A stretch of 45,839 nucleotides of DNA from positions 1 through 45,839 of the forward strand of contig JBGTFN010000139.1 of NCBI GenBank assembly GCA_041747275.1, in the 5' to 3' direction. Below, piece after piece: positions 1 through 8,329 of this stretch. The notes beneath the pieces are model-generated. The model searched no databases. It was not told the DNA's origin and saw nothing but the letters and a program-made list of their open reading frames with translations. Each line of letters opens with the position of its first letter. The first letter of the stretch is position 1. The position numbers were made by a program, and so were the translations under genes. Source of the DNA: Gemmatimonadaceae bacterium (GTDB lineage Bacteria; Gemmatimonadota; Gemmatimonadetes; Gemmatimonadales; Gemmatimonadaceae).

Positions 1-45
1 GCTGCAGGGGCCGCTGCAGGGGCCGCTGCAGGGGCCGCTGCAAGG
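1..45 (+). repeat. 12-bp tandem repeat gctgcaggggcc x3 plus a partial unit, in frame in the kinase CDS (AAGA repeats)
   Basis: Direct reading: 1-12, 13-24 and 25-36 are identical, and 37-45 is gctgcaagg. The array may continue upstream of the window. Confidence 0.9.
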
Positions 46-405
46 TCCGATGCAGCCGCGCGTCCCGACGCGACGGCGAACGACCACTGGCTCACGATCG
101 TCATCGCCAACGGCCAATGGTTCGGCGGAGCCTTTCGCATCGCGCCCACGGCGTCGCTCGACGACGGGGAGCTTGACCTCGTCGCCATCAGCGCTGCATC
201 GCCACTTCGCCGCCTTCGACTGTTCGGTGCCGCGCTGTGGGGACGTCACACGGGAGCGCTCGAAGTGCGAACATCTCGGCTTTCAACACTCTCCCTGCAC
301 TTCGACACTCCCCCGCTGTTCCAGGCCGACGGCGAACTCTACCACTCCGCCAATACGTCGCTGCACATCCGAATCGTGAGACAATCGCTTCGCGTGATCG
401 CCTGA
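1..405 (+). CDS. Diacylglycerol/lipid kinase family protein, C-terminal part (5' end lies outside the window)
   Basis: Frame 1 is open from base 1 to TGA 403-405. It is absent from the ORF track because it has no in-window start. The translation ...DHWLTIVIANGQWFGGAFRIAPTASLDDGELDLVAIS...FQADGELY...LHIRIV resembles the C-terminal half of YegS/BmrU-type DAGK-family lipid kinases. Confidence 0.6.
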   Translation, partial: AAGAAAGAAAGAAARSDAAARPDATANDHWLTIVIANGQWFGGAFRIAPTASLDDGELDLVAISAASPLRRLRLFGAALWGRHTGALEVRTSRLSTLSLHFDTPPLFQADGELYHSANTSLHIRIVRQSLRVIA

Positions 406-419
406 GCGACGCCGGAGCT

Positions 420-614
420 CCCGTTCGGCTTCACCCCGTCAGGCCCAATCATACGATCTTTCCGCCTGCTCAGACGCGTTCGGCGGTATGGCTGCCGCCG
501 ATTGGGCGAATAGCGATGCGCACGGGCCAAAGCGTCGGCAGCCAAACCGCCGAACGCTTGGTACCGATCAGCGAGGTCGAATGAAGGGGCCTGACGGGGT
601 GAGGCCGAACCGGG
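420..614. repeat. Imperfect palindrome of about 195 bp (long hairpin element) between convergent genes
   Basis: Outer arms 420-446 (cccgttcggcttcaccccgtcaggccc) and 587-614 (gggcctgacggggtgaggccgaaccggg) are reverse complements apart from one mismatch and one indel. Inner arms 476-497 and 536-557 are complementary with one mismatch. The near-identical mirror peptides in ORFs 339..545(-) and 488..718(+) reflect this palindrome. Confidence 0.85.
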
Positions 615-623
615 GGCGTTGGC

Positions 624-1049
624 TCAGGTGCCCGGCGCAGCCAGAATCGGCGAGAAACCGGTCGCGAACAAAGCTTGCAGTGGTTCGAAGAGTGGGGACG
701 GAAGCGCATCCCATGTAAACCACTCCCAACGCGCACACTTCCCGGGTTCACGCACACGCGGCAGGCCGTCTGCAGCTGCTGCGATCGCGAAGACGGTCAA
801 ATAATGCAGCCCCTCTTCTGTGAACACCGTGTTCACGTACGGGCCTTCGCGAACATCGTACACCGGCAGCCCCGTTTCTTCGAGCACCTCACGAATCGCG
901 CACTGCGCGATCGTCTCGCCGAACTCGAGATGTCCACCGGGCGGCGCCCAGCTGCCGGCGCCGTGCGCTCCAAGTCGCTCGCCGAGCAGCACCCGCGTTT
1001 CACGCATCACCAGTACGCCTACGCCCACGCGCGGCTGACGCGTGCTCAT
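624..1049 (-). CDS. NUDIX hydrolase
   Basis: 141-aa ORF containing a Nudix box: GGHLEFGETIAQCAIREVLEETGL (GX5EX7REUXEEXGU). Confidence 0.85.
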   Translation of the reverse strand: MSTRQPRVGVGVLVMRETRVLLGERLGAHGAGSWAPPGGHLEFGETIAQCAIREVLEETGLPVYDVREGPYVNTVFTEEGLHYLTVFAIAAAADGLPRVREPGKCARWEWFTWDALPSPLFEPLQALFATGFSPILAAPGT

Positions 1050-1074
1050 GTCAGCGTCGGTTCAACATCTGCAG

Positions 1075-1617
1075 CTATGCGTCGCCCCAATGCCTGGCCC
1101 GCTCCACTCGTCTTACCATGCGACGCATGGCGACACGGTTGCGAAGCCCACGTGCCCGTTCCTGCGCGAGGCGCTCGGCCAGCGCGGGGCCGAGCTTCGA
1201 TTCTTCGATATCTGCGAAGCCGTTACTGCGATAAAAGGGCGCGTTCCATGGCACGTGAGAGAACGTCGTCAATGTGACAGACGCGTGGCCCGCCTGCTCG
1301 GCTTCCAGCAACACATGCCGGAGCAGTGTCGCGCCAAGGCCGCGTCGCGCGTGATCCGGGTGCACATCCATTTCGCTGATGTGCAGCGTGTGGTCCACGA
1401 CGTCGGCAATGAGGAACCCCACCGGCCGATCCTGCTCATCGGTCGCCACCCAGAGCCGATCGTTGCGCTGCGCCTCTGCAAACTGTTCCGGTGTGACAGT
1501 TTCGATGAGTTCGTCACGTGGCAGATCTTCCGGGGAGTAGATCGACGTTGCGGCGCGTTCGATCTCCGGCAGGGTGGCCAGATGACGCGGTGCAGCGGGC
1601 TTGACTGAATAGCTCAT
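1075..1617 (-). CDS. GNAT family N-acetyltransferase
   Basis: Acetyl-CoA binding region VHPDHARRGLGATLLRHVLLEAEQAG followed by NAPFYRSNGF. The ORF track starts at TTG 1656. I prefer ATG 1617 (MSYSVKP...), but the start is uncertain. Confidence 0.75.
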   Translation of the reverse strand: MSYSVKPAAPRHLATLPEIERAATSIYSPEDLPRDELIETVTPEQFAEAQRNDRLWVATDEQDRPVGFLIADVVDHTLHISEMDVHPDHARRGLGATLLRHVLLEAEQAGHASVTLTTFSHVPWNAPFYRSNGFADIEESKLGPALAERLAQERARGLRNRVAMRRMVRRVERARHWGDA

Positions 1618-1880
1618 CGATCGACTGCTCTCCGGGATCGCACGAGGCCGCCGCAAGCGGTCTCACGCGTTCATGCATGAATGAAAGGGTGCTGCGACCG
1701 TATTCGCGGGATACTAGCCCACGTATGCGGCGCGTCAAGCGCCGATGCACGTCGGCTGACTGACGCTACGCATGACCTGAGTACTGTTCAGCTTGCAAAA
1801 GGGAGCGCTCGGAGGCAAGTCGGGTAGGAGAGCGGGCGTCGCACGTCGCGATGCGAACCATCCCTCAACCGGAGTCGCAG

Positions 1881-2084
1881 ATGTCCGTTGCGAAAGTCAC
1901 CGAAATTCAGTCCTCATCTCCCAACAGTTTCGCCGAAGCCATCGATCAGGGCATCGCGCGCGCCGACAAAACGCTGCGTAACGTCACGGGCGCATGGATC
2001 AAGGATCAGAAACTTGTCATCAAGGACGGCAAGATCACGGAGTATCGCGTGCTCATGAAAGTCACCTTCGTACTCGCCGACTGA
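1881..2084 (+). CDS. Dodecin family (flavin-binding) protein
   Basis: MSVAKVTEIQSSSPNSFAEAIDQGIARADKTLRNVTGAWIKDQKLVIKDGKITEYRVLMKVTFVLAD is the typical dodecin pattern of about 67 aa. GGAG lies 6 nt upstream of ATG 1881. The track start at 1851 adds 10 unsupported residues. Confidence 0.8.
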   Translation: MSVAKVTEIQSSSPNSFAEAIDQGIARADKTLRNVTGAWIKDQKLVIKDGKITEYRVLMKVTFVLAD

Positions 2085-2178
2085 AGAGCCTGCTAGCGGA
2101 CTGCGCGCGATTGGAGTCACATTTGCCTTTCGCCCCCCCCGACGAACCTCCCGCAGCTCTTCCAGAGGAGAACGCGCG

Positions 2179-2913
2179 ATGCGTGCATCCCTGCTTCACC
2201 TGACTTGCGCGGCTGCATTGCTGATGCCGCTGCAGGCGAGTGCGCAGTTGACCGAAGGTTTTGACAACGTAAACACGCTGCCCGGCTGGGTGCTGAAGAA
2301 CAATAGTCAGCCTGTCGGGCTGTTTGGATGGAGTCAGGGCGTCGGTGATCCAACGGTCTTCTTCCCGTCATTTTCCGGCGCCCCCGATTCGTACATCGCG
2401 TCGGCATTCGACGCCGTCGGATTCCCCGAAGATTTCGACCCAAACTTTTCGGGAACGCTGAGCAACTGGTTGCTCACGCCGGAATTATCGCTGTTCAACG
2501 GCGCCACCTTTTCGTTCTACACGCGCGCAAGCGACATCGATCAGTTCCAATTCCCCGATCGCCTCGAGCTTCGCCTCAGTACCTCGGGCGCCAGCACTGA
2601 CGTGGGCAGCGACGCATTGTCCGTCGGTGATTTCACCACATTGTTGCTGTCGGTGAATCCATTGCTTGGCGTCGAGTATCCCACTGTATGGACGCAGTAC
2701 AGCACGACGCTCACCGGTCTGACGGAGCCAGTCAGTGGACGCTTCGCCTTCCGGCATTTCGTTACCAACGTCAGCGAGTCTTCGAACGCGTATTACATCG
2801 GCGTTGACGAGGTCTCGTATGCAGCCCTTCCCATGATTGTGCCGGAGCCCGGGTCGCTCCTGCTGTTCAGTGCCGGCATGCTCGGCTTCGCCGCACGGAA
2901 GCGCAGAGCCTGA
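2179..2913 (+). CDS. Secreted PEP-CTERM protein with a choice-of-anchor-J-like N-terminal domain
   Basis: Signal peptide MRASLLHLTCAAALLMPLQASAQ. The C-terminus VPEPGSLLLFSAGMLGFAARKRRA has the PEP motif, a TM helix and a basic tail. AGGAGA precedes the ATG. Confidence 0.8.
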   Translation: MRASLLHLTCAAALLMPLQASAQLTEGFDNVNTLPGWVLKNNSQPVGLFGWSQGVGDPTVFFPSFSGAPDSYIASAFDAVGFPEDFDPNFSGTLSNWLLTPELSLFNGATFSFYTRASDIDQFQFPDRLELRLSTSGASTDVGSDALSVGDFTTLLLSVNPLLGVEYPTVWTQYSTTLTGLTEPVSGRFAFRHFVTNVSESSNAYYIGVDEVSYAALPMIVPEPGSLLLFSAGMLGFAARKRRA

Positions 2914-3083
2914 CGATGCGACAAACGGCGAGCCATTCCCCCCGGAGTTGCTCGCCGTTTGCGTTTGGGGCCCATTGCATGACATGCCCCTCACGTCCGG
3001 CCGCACCGCACACTATTACTTGATGAGCGGTCACCACATGGCAGGGCCGTTGCTCCACGTGCGTATTGCTCGCGGGAGGCTGC

Positions 3084-5186
3084 ATGTTCCACACCGAACT
3101 CGGTCGACTGGCCAGTGTTGTGCTGGCGCTGGCCCTGGGCGCAACACAAGGACACTCGCACGTGCAGGACGATCCCTATTTGTGGCTGGAAGACGTCGAA
3201 GGCGAGCGCGCGCTTTCGTGGGTGCGAGCACAGAACGCAGAATCGCAACAACAGCTCGAAGATTTGCCGGGATTCGCAGCGCTGCGCGATGACCTGCGCG
3301 CGATTCTCGACTCCGACGCGCGCATTCCGCATGTGCAGAAGATCGGCGCACACTACTACAATCTCTGGCGTGACGCTGCCAATGAGCGCGGACTCTGGCG
3401 CCGCACCACGCTTGACGAATATCGCAAGCGCGAACCTGCGTGGGAAACCGTGCTCGATCTCGACGCGCTGGGAAAGGCCGAGGATGTGAACTGGGTGTGG
3501 GGAGGCGCGAGCTGTCTTCCTCCTGACTATCGCCGCTGCCTCATCGCACTTTCCCGCGGCGGAGCCGACGCCACCACCACCCGCGAGTTCGATCTCGTCG
3601 ACAAGCGCTTTGTTGCTGATGGCTTCGTGCGACCTGAATCGAAGGGAGCACTCGACTGGAAGGACGAGCACACCGTGTACGCATACACCGATTTCGGAGC
3701 CGGCAGCATGACGCAATCCGGTTATCCGCGCACGGTCCGGGAGTGGAGGCGCGGTACGTCGCTCGCGAGCGCGACGCTCGTCTACGAGGGACGCGATGAC
3801 GACATGTACATCGCCGCCTTTCATGACCATTCACCTGGATTTGCACGTGATTTCGTCAGCCGCACGATCGCGTTCTACAACGGTGAGCTGTACCTGCGCA
3901 CAGCTGACGGCACGCTCACAAAGCTCGACGTGCCGAACGACGCCGAGAAGTCGGTGCACCGCGAGTGGCTGCTGCTGAAGTTGCGCAGTGCGTGGACGGT
4001 AGGCGACCGCACCTACGATCCCGGTTCATTGATCGCCACGCCTTTCGATGCATTCATGGGCGGCGATCGAACCTTCACCGTGTTGTTCGCGCCGTCCGAG
4101 ACGACCTCGCTCGACGGCTACAGCTGGACGCGCGATCACCTGATCGTCAATACGCTCGACGACGTCAAAAACCGACTGCACGTGCTGACGCCCGCCGACG
4201 GCGAGTGGAGGCGACGCCCGCTGCTCGGCGCTCCGGATTTCGGCACCGTGAACGCGAGTGGTGTCGATCCGGACGAATCGAACGCGTACTTCATGACGAT
4301 CACCGACTATCTCACGCCCACCACGCTGGAGATCGGCGAAATCGATCAGGCACCCGAGCCTCTCAAGCAGACGCCCGCGTTCTTCGACGCGACGGGATTG
4401 CACATCACACAACACTTCGCCACATCCGAAGATGGCACGCGTGTGCCTTACTTCATGGTCTCGCGCAATCAACTGCCGCTCGACGGTCGCAATCCGACGC
4501 TGCTCTACGGCTACGGTGGCTTCGAGATCTCACTCACGCCGGCTTACAGCCCGGGCGTGGGCTCCGCTTGGCTGACGAAGGGCGGTGTCTACGTCGTGGC
4601 GAACATTCGCGGTGGCGGTGAATACGGACCGCGCTGGCATCAAACCGCGCTCAAGGCCAACCGGAACAAGGCGTACGAAGACTTCGCGTCCGTTGCACGC
4701 GACCTGATCGCACGCCGCGTCACATCGCCGCCGCATCTCGGCATCGAGGGTGGCAGCAACGGCGGACTGCTCGTGGGCAACATGACAGTGCGGTATCCCG
4801 AGCTGTTCGGCGCAGTGGTATGCAAGGTGCCGTTGCTCGACATGAAGCGCTACCACCTGTTGCTCGCTGGCGCGTCCTGGATGGCGGAGTACGGCAATCC
4901 CGAGACGGACGACTGGAACTACCTGCAGCGATATTCGCCGTACCACAATGTGCGCGCTGACGCGACGTACCCGCCAGTGCTGTTCACCACTTCGACACGG
5001 GATGACCGGGTGCATCCAGGCCACGCGCGCAAGATGATGGCGCGCATGAAGGAGCAAGGGCATCGCGTGACGTATTACGAAAACATCGAGGGTGGCCACG
5101 GCGGCGCCGCGAACAACGCGCAGGCCGCCTACATGCAGGCGCTCGCGTACAGCTTTCTCAGGCAACAGCTTTTCCCGAGGGACTGA
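3084..5186 (+). CDS. Prolyl oligopeptidase (S9A family serine peptidase)
   Basis: N-terminal DPYLWLEDVEGERALSWVRAQN, nucleophile elbow GGSNGGLL, and C-terminal DDRV...H catalytic region. GGGAGG precedes ATG 3084. The track start is TTG 3066. Confidence 0.9.
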   Translation: MFHTELGRLASVVLALALGATQGHSHVQDDPYLWLEDVEGERALSWVRAQNAESQQQLEDLPGFAALRDDLRAILDSDARIPHVQKIGAHYYNLWRDAANERGLWRRTTLDEYRKREPAWETVLDLDALGKAEDVNWVWGGASCLPPDYRRCLIALSRGGADATTTREFDLVDKRFVADGFVRPESKGALDWKDEHTVYAYTDFGAGSMTQSGYPRTVREWRRGTSLASATLVYEGRDDDMYIAAFHDHSPGFARDFVSRTIAFYNGELYLRTADGTLTKLDVPNDAEKSVHREWLLLKLRSAWTVGDRTYDPGSLIATPFDAFMGGDRTFTVLFAPSETTSLDGYSWTRDHLIVNTLDDVKNRLHVLTPADGEWRRRPLLGAPDFGTVNASGVDPDESNAYFMTITDYLTPTTLEIGEIDQAPEPLKQTPAFFDATGLHITQHFATSEDGTRVPYFMVSRNQLPLDGRNPTLLYGYGGFEISLTPAYSPGVGSAWLTKGGVYVVANIRGGGEYGPRWHQTALKANRNKAYEDFASVARDLIARRVTSPPHLGIEGGSNGGLLVGNMTVRYPELFGAVVCKVPLLDMKRYHLLLAGASWMAEYGNPETDDWNYLQRYSPYHNVRADATYPPVLFTTSTRDDRVHPGHARKMMARMKEQGHRVTYYENIEGGHGGAANNAQAAYMQALAYSFLRQQLFPRD

Positions 5187-5221
5187 GAAAGCGTAGCGAC
5201 CATCGCCAGCGCACAGCACAA

Positions 5222-5262
5222 GCGGGTGCATCGCGTTCCGAATGATTACGCGATGCACCCGC
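5222..5262. terminator. Hairpin with a perfect 14-bp stem between convergent genes (candidate bidirectional terminator)
   Basis: gcgggtgcatcgcg (5222-5235) and cgcgatgcacccgc (5249-5262) flank a 13-nt loop. There is no clear U-tract on either side. Confidence 0.5.
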
Positions 5263-5279
5263 GGCACTGCGACAGCGAG

Positions 5280-5933
5280 CTACGGACGCGGCTTGGTGTA
5301 GATCTGTGATCCCACCACGCCACCCAGCACCGCGCCCGTGATTGCACCCACCGCGCCACCCTTCACCTTGTCGCGGCTTGTCATGATGCCAACGGCCGTT
5401 CCCGTCGCGCCGCCGATGATCGCACCGCGCTTGGTGTTTGATTCCGTTGCGGCGCCGCTGCCCGAGCCAGAGCCTTCACCGGATCCGCGATACACTGGAC
5501 CAGACGACGACGGCGGCGCGCGGTAGATCACCCGCTGCGGCGCAGGTGCCGGCATCTGCTGCACCACCGGCTGCGGATAGCCATAGGGCTGCGGCGGATA
5601 CTGCGGCGGGTACTGAGCCGGATAGGGCGCCGGATATCCCTGCGGCGGATACGGGGCCGGATAGCCGTAGGGCTGCTGACCGTAGCCCGCCGGATAGCCC
5701 TGCGGATACGGCTGTGCATAGCCCATCTCCATCGGGCTCACGTAACCAGGTCGCATTCCCGGCGCCGTCGACGCCATCGCCAGATCCGACTGCAACGCCG
5801 CATCAAGCCCGCGGGAGTCCTTGCCGCCACACGCGCTGAGAGCGATGGCGGCAGCGAGCACGGCGACCACCAGCAACTGCCGCTGCACTGAAGACCACTG
5901 CCTGGTCGATTCGAACGTAGGAACACGCATCAT
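5280..5933 (-). CDS. Lipoprotein with a Pro/Tyr/Gln-rich repeat region and a C-terminal glycine-zipper domain
   Basis: Lipobox LSAC after a hydrophobic N-terminus. Residues 71-122 are GYAQPYPQGYPAGYGQQPYGYPAPYPPQGYPAPYPAQYPPQYPPQPYGYPQP. The C-terminus GAIIGGATGTAVGIM...GGAVGAITGAVLGGVVG is glycine-zipper-like. Confidence 0.6.
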   Translation of the reverse strand: MMRVPTFESTRQWSSVQRQLLVVAVLAAAIALSACGGKDSRGLDAALQSDLAMASTAPGMRPGYVSPMEMGYAQPYPQGYPAGYGQQPYGYPAPYPPQGYPAPYPAQYPPQYPPQPYGYPQPVVQQMPAPAPQRVIYRAPPSSSGPVYRGSGEGSGSGSGAATESNTKRGAIIGGATGTAVGIMTSRDKVKGGAVGAITGAVLGGVVGSQIYTKPRP

Positions 5934-6227
5934 GCACCTCCCGAGGGATTCTGCTTGGCAGCCGGACCGGTTGCCGATGCCTCCTTCAAGTGCACAGCCC
6001 GTGCCACGGCCAAATCGCCCGAATCGCCGGTAAAATCGGCAGGAAACGTGTGACGGGTCACCGGACGTTGTCCTCTCGCAGCGTCATTCAGCGTCTCCAG
6101 CCGTGGACAGCTCCGCACTGCCTCGAAGATGCCTGCTCCCGGGGTGTCGAACGCTTCGCCCGCGTTCGGGGTATCTTCCGCGTTGGAGAGATCCCGCCCT
6201 TTCTCATGACCATTCTGGAGTCTTTAC

Positions 6228-6791
6228 ATGTTGCCTGCTCGTTATTCCGTTACCGCCGCCGCGCTCGTGTTCGCAGCTGCGTTTGCACCGTCGCTCGGCG
6301 CGCAGGCCGCGCCGCCCAATCTGCTGGCCGTGGGCGACATGGCGCCGGACTTCACGTTGACCACCGTCACCAGAGACGGACCCACCGCCAAGCCGTTCAC
6401 GCTCTCCGAGCACCGCGGCGAAACGGTCGTGCTGGCGTTCTTCCCGAAGGCGCGCACCAGCGGTTGTACTGCGCAGATGCACACGTATCGCGACAAGTAC
6501 GACTCGATGTTCATGAACGGCAGCAAGGTGCGCCTGATCGGCATCAGCACCGACAACGGCGCTGACCTCACCGCATGGGCCAAGGACGATGGTTTCCCGT
6601 TCGCAATGGGCGCAGACACGGACAAGAAGGTCGGCGCGCTCTTCAATGCTGCCACGGAGACGGGCTATCACAAGCGCTTTCTCTACGTGATTGGTCCGGA
6701 CGGCAAGATCGCCTACGCCACGAATTTCCGCGCCATGGCGCAGGACGCGTATGACGATCTCGACGCGGCCATCAAGAAGGTCGCCCGCTGA
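6228..6791 (+). CDS. Secreted peroxiredoxin (AhpC/TSA-Bcp-like, thioredoxin fold)
   Basis: Signal peptide, then APDFTL...FTLSEHRGETVVLAFFPKARTSGCTAQM with the peroxidatic Cys in the T-x-x-C context. GGAG precedes the ATG. Confidence 0.8.
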   Translation: MLPARYSVTAAALVFAAAFAPSLGAQAAPPNLLAVGDMAPDFTLTTVTRDGPTAKPFTLSEHRGETVVLAFFPKARTSGCTAQMHTYRDKYDSMFMNGSKVRLIGISTDNGADLTAWAKDDGFPFAMGADTDKKVGALFNAATETGYHKRFLYVIGPDGKIAYATNFRAMAQDAYDDLDAAIKKVAR

Positions 6792-6862
6792 GTCGTCCCG
6801 CGTCGCCGCACGTCGCACCTCACGCCCTGCTCGCCGCACTGCATCACGCGGCGATCCAGGGC

Positions 6863-8275
6863 GTGTCTGCGTTTCCGCGCACCAATGATCGGGTCCGGCA
6901 ATGGCTTGCGGATCGAACAAGCCAACAACCGATCCGCATCTTCGCGCTTGGCAAGGCTGCACCCGACATGGTCCGAGGTGCGCTTGCTGCGCTGAGCGAA
7001 CGAGGAACGACATGTGCCGGCGGAATCGTCATTGCGTCGCACCGACCTGCCGATGATGTGCTTCCGCTGCCGCTGCGAGTTGGTGATCACCCGCTGCCCG
7101 ACCTCGGTTCACTCGCGGCCGCAGACGCACTAGCCACTGCAGTCTCCGAAGTGAACGCGGGCGATCACATCTTGATTCTGCTCTCCGGCGGCACGACGTC
7201 ACTGTGCGCCGCCCCCTGCGCCGAGCTCGTGTCGCTCACGGGACATCCGGCCGACGCGCAGCAGCACATCGCAGACGCGATGGACCAGATGATGGCGCAC
7301 GGTCTCGCAATCCATGAAATGAACGCGATTCGCCGCCGACTGCTGCGCTGGGGCGCGGGTCGACTTTCCACCGCGCTGCATGCGCGTGGTGCGGGCGAGA
7401 TTCAGCTGCTGGCGATCTCCGATGTGATCGGCGACGATCCCGCCGTGATTGGTTCAGCGCCCTGCACCGCCGATCCGTTGCAAGCCGAAGATCTGTTGGC
7501 GCTCTGTGACGTGCACGGGTTGCGCTCCGCGTTTCACCCCACGGTCGCCCGCGCACTCGGACTCGCCGGAAGTGCGCACGTGGCTATTACAACCGCTCCG
7601 CCGTCACATCCGGCGTTCGAGCGAGTGCGCTACGAGGTGATCGCTGCGAATGCAGACGCATGCAGAGCAGTGTCTCTCGAGAGCGCACGCAGGGGGATCG
7701 AGCACGTGATCACGGCCGATGAACCGCTGCAGGGCGACGCGGAGGAGCTCGGTGCGGCGATCGCGCTGGTTGCACTGCGCTACGCGGAACGCCTTTTCGA
7801 CGAAGTGCATGCTGATGCGCGCAGCGCACATCGTGGCATCCGGTCTACGCACAGCGCGATCCTCATCTGGGGCGGTGAACCCACCATGCATACGCTCGGA
7901 CGCGACCGTGGTGACGAGGATGAAGATCTCGACCCCGATCGCGTCGCGCCGCTCGGCGGACGTATGCAGGCGCTGGCACTTTCCGCCGCGCTCGCGCTCG
8001 ACAACACCGTCTTCTCGGAGCCCGCCGCCCGACGTATCACGATTCTTGCCGCAGGAACGGACGGCCGTGACGGCCCCACCGATGCGGCCGGTGCCATTGT
8101 CGATGCATTCACGCCGACGCTGATCCGACGTGCGGGTCGCGATCCCTTGCGCGACTTGCAGCGGCTCTGCAGCTACCACGCGCTCGATAGCGCCGATGCG
8201 CTCGTTCGCACAGGACCAACCGGCACGAACGTGATGGACGTCGTCATCGCGCACATCGGCGCCGGCGAGTCGTAG
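6863..8275 (+). CDS. Glycerate 2-kinase / hydroxypyruvate reductase family protein (DUF4147 + MOFRL)
   Basis: ALGKAAPDM, LLSGGTTSL, ILAAGTDGRDGPTDAAGAIVD and RTGPTGTNVMDV. The first canonical start is GTG 6863. The frame is open further upstream, and the real start may be CTG 6788 (see findings). Confidence 0.8.
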   Translation: MSAFPRTNDRVRQWLADRTSQQPIRIFALGKAAPDMVRGALAALSERGTTCAGGIVIASHRPADDVLPLPLRVGDHPLPDLGSLAAADALATAVSEVNAGDHILILLSGGTTSLCAAPCAELVSLTGHPADAQQHIADAMDQMMAHGLAIHEMNAIRRRLLRWGAGRLSTALHARGAGEIQLLAISDVIGDDPAVIGSAPCTADPLQAEDLLALCDVHGLRSAFHPTVARALGLAGSAHVAITTAPPSHPAFERVRYEVIAANADACRAVSLESARRGIEHVITADEPLQGDAEELGAAIALVALRYAERLFDEVHADARSAHRGIRSTHSAILIWGGEPTMHTLGRDRGDEDEDLDPDRVAPLGGRMQALALSAALALDNTVFSEPAARRITILAAGTDGRDGPTDAAGAIVDAFTPTLIRRAGRDPLRDLQRLCSYHALDSADALVRTGPTGTNVMDVVIAHIGAGES

Positions 8276-8329
8276 TCTTTCGAGGACCTGGCGCGCATAT
8301 TCGCTAAGCCCTCCCCTCATCCTGCAGGC

